A stretch of 64,000 nt of DNA, taken from the IMG/VR virus record IMGVR_UViG_3300045941_000223, positions 13,255 through 77,254 of that record. The stretch is one strand, 5' to 3'. The notes beneath the pieces are model-generated. The model was not told the origin of the DNA. It searched no databases and saw nothing but the letters and a program-made list of their open reading frames with translations. Shown here one piece after another: positions 63,424 to 64,000 of this stretch. How positions within the stretch are numbered: the stretch's first letter is position 1; each line of letters begins with the position of its first letter. Position numbers and translations under genes: made by a program. Source of the stretch: a virus.

Positions 63424-63903
63424 TCATAGGATCAGCAGCTCCGATTCCTCGCAGGCTTGATAGGCGTCCGGCAGCGGGATGATCTCGGCCAGCCCCTTGG
63501 CCCGGCGGCGAATGTTGATCTGCGGAATACAGATCCCGCAGATCGGCTCGCGGTTGCCGTTGATCCGGCAGCTCGGCACCCGCACCGGATTGAAGCCGAA
63601 TGTCTGGCCACAACACACACAGATCCCATAGGCCATGGCGAACCCCATTGGTCGTTCTCCCCGTTCACTGCATCGTTGGCGATTTCCGGTTCGTTTCTGC
63701 ATTTCGTTGTCGAGGATCTGGTGAGACGCTTTGATCAGTATTTGCAGCATCTCGATCAGGTGCGGCGGTTCGAGAATGGCCACCGCAAAGATTTCGCCCT
63801 TGGCATCGCGCATGACGATGTGCGGTGATCCATCGTGGAACGTCACTCCAATCTCATGCGCTATCTCGATCCGCCTGCGACCGCGCGTGTCTGAATGGCT
63901 CAT
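63424..63903 (-). CDS. hypothetical protein(s) with a C-terminal Zn-finger (internal start at 63648 likely)
   Basis: CVCCG..F.FNP..VPS...EPICGIC. Confidence 0.55.
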   Translation of the reverse strand: MSHSDTRGRRRIEIAHEIGVTFHDGSPHIVMRDAKGEIFAVAILEPPHLIEMLQILIKASHQILDNEMQKRTGNRQRCSERGERPMGFAMAYGICVCCGQTFGFNPVRVPSCRINGNREPICGICIPQINIRRRAKGLAEIIPLPDAYQACEESELLIL

Positions 63904-64000
63904 GGCTGTTGCGTTCCTGCTCGATGATGTGGGCCATCATCCTCACGGCATGCGCCTTCATCGTCCATGGTTGATCGCGGTCGAGACCAGCGATCACCTT

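Overview
The window is about 64 kb of a high-GC temperate myovirus genome. The CTTGnn-N16/17-CTATAT promoters and gene content point to an alphaproteobacterial host, probably Hyphomicrobiales. attP is intact with phage genes on both sides, so this looks like the free or excised form rather than a prophage junction. Layout: (1) 1-1065, the 3' end of a zeta-toxin-like P-loop gene and a small partner ORF. (2) 1062-7770, a minus-strand island of small accessory genes (HTH, LPD29, YodL-like, DUF3768, DUF6927) inside the head region. (3) 7795-42865, a plus-strand virion and lysis block: fused HK97 protease-capsid, portal, collagen-like protein, Mu-like sheath, tube, chaperone and baseplate, two paralogous tape-measure-like proteins carrying different peptidoglycan-enzyme domains, fibres, and two endolysins. 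(4) 42820-64000, a minus-strand accessory arm with an HD hydrolase, MazG, xis-int and an attP carrying the 5' half of tRNA-Thr(UGU). Main observations: a dispersed regulon of about 12 promoters with a 17-bp palindromic operator (TAGGnC-N5-GnCCTA) in the spacer and a candidate autoregulated repressor; a stand-alone unit encoding two paralogous secreted 4-Cys mini-peptides; the twin tape measures; two insertions flanked by 27-30 bp duplications, one a mosaic of neighbouring gene fragments; and a candidate structured ncRNA. No terminase or replication genes were recognised. All family calls come from motif recognition by eye, not database searches.
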